Assembly (NCBI GenBank): GCA_030704615.1
Contig: CM060733.1
Location: 39,184,001-39,248,000, forward strand
Length of the DNA: 64,000 nt
Origin: Takakia lepidozioides
Taxonomy: Eukaryota > Plantae > Bryophyta
Direction: 5' to 3'
The position numbers and the translations under genes are program-made. The notes below the pieces were generated by a model. That model did not search any database. It saw nothing but the letters and a program-made list of their open reading frames with translations, and was not told the DNA's origin. Shown here in pieces: positions 61,725 through 64,000 of this stretch. Position 1 is the stretch's first letter. Each line of letters starts with the position of its first letter.

Positions 61725-64000
61725 CTAAACTCCACTGTCCTTGTCATCAGTGGGTATCAGGGGGTCTGTAAATGACCCAGGTGAGTCAGAACTGTAAATG
61801 TGACCCATCTTGGAACACTTTGTTTCGAGGTAGCGCTGATTCTCTTTGGTGATTGGAGATAGGACAGGGACTCGACCATTTACAGCCAAGCCATAGCCCT
61901 TGAGCCCCATATATTTGGACGGACTGTTGGTCATTAAACTCATAGTGCGCACCCCTACATCTCGCAATATCTGCATCATGAATGCCCCACCCATACACTG
62001 AAGCCTTGTAAGCATCACAATTCTTTGTCAACATGAGTGTCCCTGATGTTCCTCTCATGAATCGCCCTAGCTTTAGTTGCCTGCAGCAATACATGTGAGA
62101 TGCTCGAATTCAAAACGTATTCAATGTGCAATTAACACCAGGAGATGTCTCTCACACAAGGATACAGCCAGCACAGCACAATCAGTACATCAACACACTC
62201 CAAAAGCTAACTCTTCTCCGCCCTTCTCCCTCTGTCTCACTACCAATGGCAGCATGATACCTGAGCACCAATCCCATATTCTCTGGAGTCGATTGGAAGG
62301 CCAAGTTCCACATTTGCCTCCACAGTGTCACGGCCTGCATCTTGCAAGTTGTAAGCTCGGAGCTTGTGTCCAAGACCAATGCCACGACCTTCATGGCCGC
62401 GCAAGTAGACTAGAACTCCTCTCCCCACTTTGTCAATATGGGCCATTGCTTGAGCGAGCTGGCTGCCACAGTCACAGCGTGCGGAGCCAAAAATATCGCC
62501 GGTCAGACACTCTGAGTGTACTCTGACCAACACGTCCAGCCCATTGCCAATGTCGCCCTGTAAGAATCCATGTGTAGCATTGAGTGCCCCTATTCTACAT
62601 CACCAACCATGACAAATGCTCCTTGATTCTCAATTTAACTTCAAACTCTTAAAGACAGGTTGCATTTGAAAGATTGAGGATGGCGTGCTTCAGATTCTTA
62701 CTCAGAAAGTGGGCTTGAGTTCTTGAGCTAATCTTTGTACTGCGTACAGTACAATAATCAAGGATAGCCACGGCTCTGTGACCACCTCACAAAGTGTGTA
62801 AGTGGGATTACATTTGGCTGAATAAATTGATATCAAGATATGATTGGAGCCCTGCTAGGCAGATTGTGCTAGTTAAGTCCAGGGAGGGGAAGGCCACTGA
62901 TAGCCCCACAAGGAAGTAGGGGGCTACGTGAATCAGATACCACACTAACATAAGGCATCGAACAAGAGTGAGCAGAAGAAGAATAAATACCTTAACCATG
63001 GCAATGTGTTCCATGCCATCAAGCTGTGAAACGTAGCTGTAGGCCTTGAAGGTGCCCCATTTTGTAGGCAGGCGTGCCACCGCTGTTCGATCTACTAGCT
63101 TCTCCCTTTTCCACTTATATCTGTGGCATAGTGAGACACATTTAGTGAATTCCCAGAAAGACACTTTTAGACTACCTCCTAAAGATATGTGGGCAGGTAG
63201 TCTCCAACTACTACAGGGAGACAGGAAACAAAAGAAAAGAATGGTATAACGTGCACAAGGGAACCCAAGGGGCGATTTAACAAAATAAAAATGAAAGTAA
63301 ATGTGAATGTGTTGCCGAAGCAACCGTAACTTATGTTCTCACTTGACCCCGAAGGACTACTGCCTTCCGGTGGGAAGGTGGACACCCTTATGACATCCAA
63401 GACACCAGTGAGGCGGCTTGAAAATAGAAAGAAAGACCAAGGAGGGCGGGGGGGCTTTTGTGTCTGTTGGAATTGATAGAGTAAGAGTTTGATCAGAAGC
63501 CTTTGCCTGCTTTAGTCTTGTGGCAGACACCCCAGGTCTGATTCGCCAGGGCAGGAGGAGAATAGAATATCAGCAGTGCTATTGAAGAAGGCTTGCTCCA
63601 GTAGTAAGACTAACTATGGAGTTGGTTTTAAGCAGAAATTCTCACCATAGAATGAACTTGATGCAAGTAATCCCCCAGCGTTCAGACCCAGGTAGGGCAA
63701 AAAAATCTTGCAGTTCTGAAACTTAGCAAGAAGTGGCATACCGTTCCATGCTTTCCAAGAGGGTCCCTCCTTCAGAAGAGTACCCATTACAATGCAAGAG
63801 AGGGAGGGATGCCAGAATCACCTGACAAGGTCAGCAATGGAGATAAGAGGAAGATTGTGGGTTTTGGCAAACTTTCGTAGCTGAGGCAGCCGTGACATGG
63901 AGCCATCCTCTTCATTTACAAGCTCACACAATACCCCGACTGGTGGCAACCCAGCCATTGTGGCTAGGTCCACCGATGCTTCTGTGTGTCCAGCCCTTTT
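61725..64000 (-). CDS. RIBA: 3' part of bifunctional DHBP synthase / GTP cyclohydrolase II (exons 63822->64000, 62991-63120, 62261-62557, 61725-61970)
   Basis: [11 protein letters not shown]...[65 protein letters not shown]|ILRDVGV, YLETK..KMGH. The gene continues beyond the window. Confidence 0.93.

Overview
Eukaryotic, intron-rich land-plant DNA. The gene content, Tcn1-like chromovirus and PLS-PPR debris suggest a bryophyte or other non-seed plant; the species cannot be fixed from sequence. Spliced genes that I could reconstruct by hand with GT-AG junctions and open frames: two tandem phi-class GSTs, eIF6 (245 aa), Rab geranylgeranyltransferase alpha (738 aa), an ENOD93 protein, CSN7, an HSD/steroleosin-type SDR, and the 3' part of a RIBA gene. 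Positions ~7.8-28.2 kb are a nested repeat block: GC-rich repeats, a 181-bp satellite-like array, PPR fragments, a self-priming Tf1/Tcn1-type chromovirus and a truncated LINE. The most notable item is a decayed Ty3/Gypsy-like retroelement on the minus strand. Its polyprotein reads Gag zinc knuckles - aspartic protease - complete DNMT3-like C5 cytosine methyltransferase - RT/RNaseH remnants - RING-H2. The chromovirus has inserted into it, and removing that insertion restores the reading frame. The window also holds many local duplications: an RGTA pseudocopy, an inverted partial eIF6 copy, FLIP/FIRRM and FRO fragments, and short tandem duplications that copy splice sites in RGTA and HSD.
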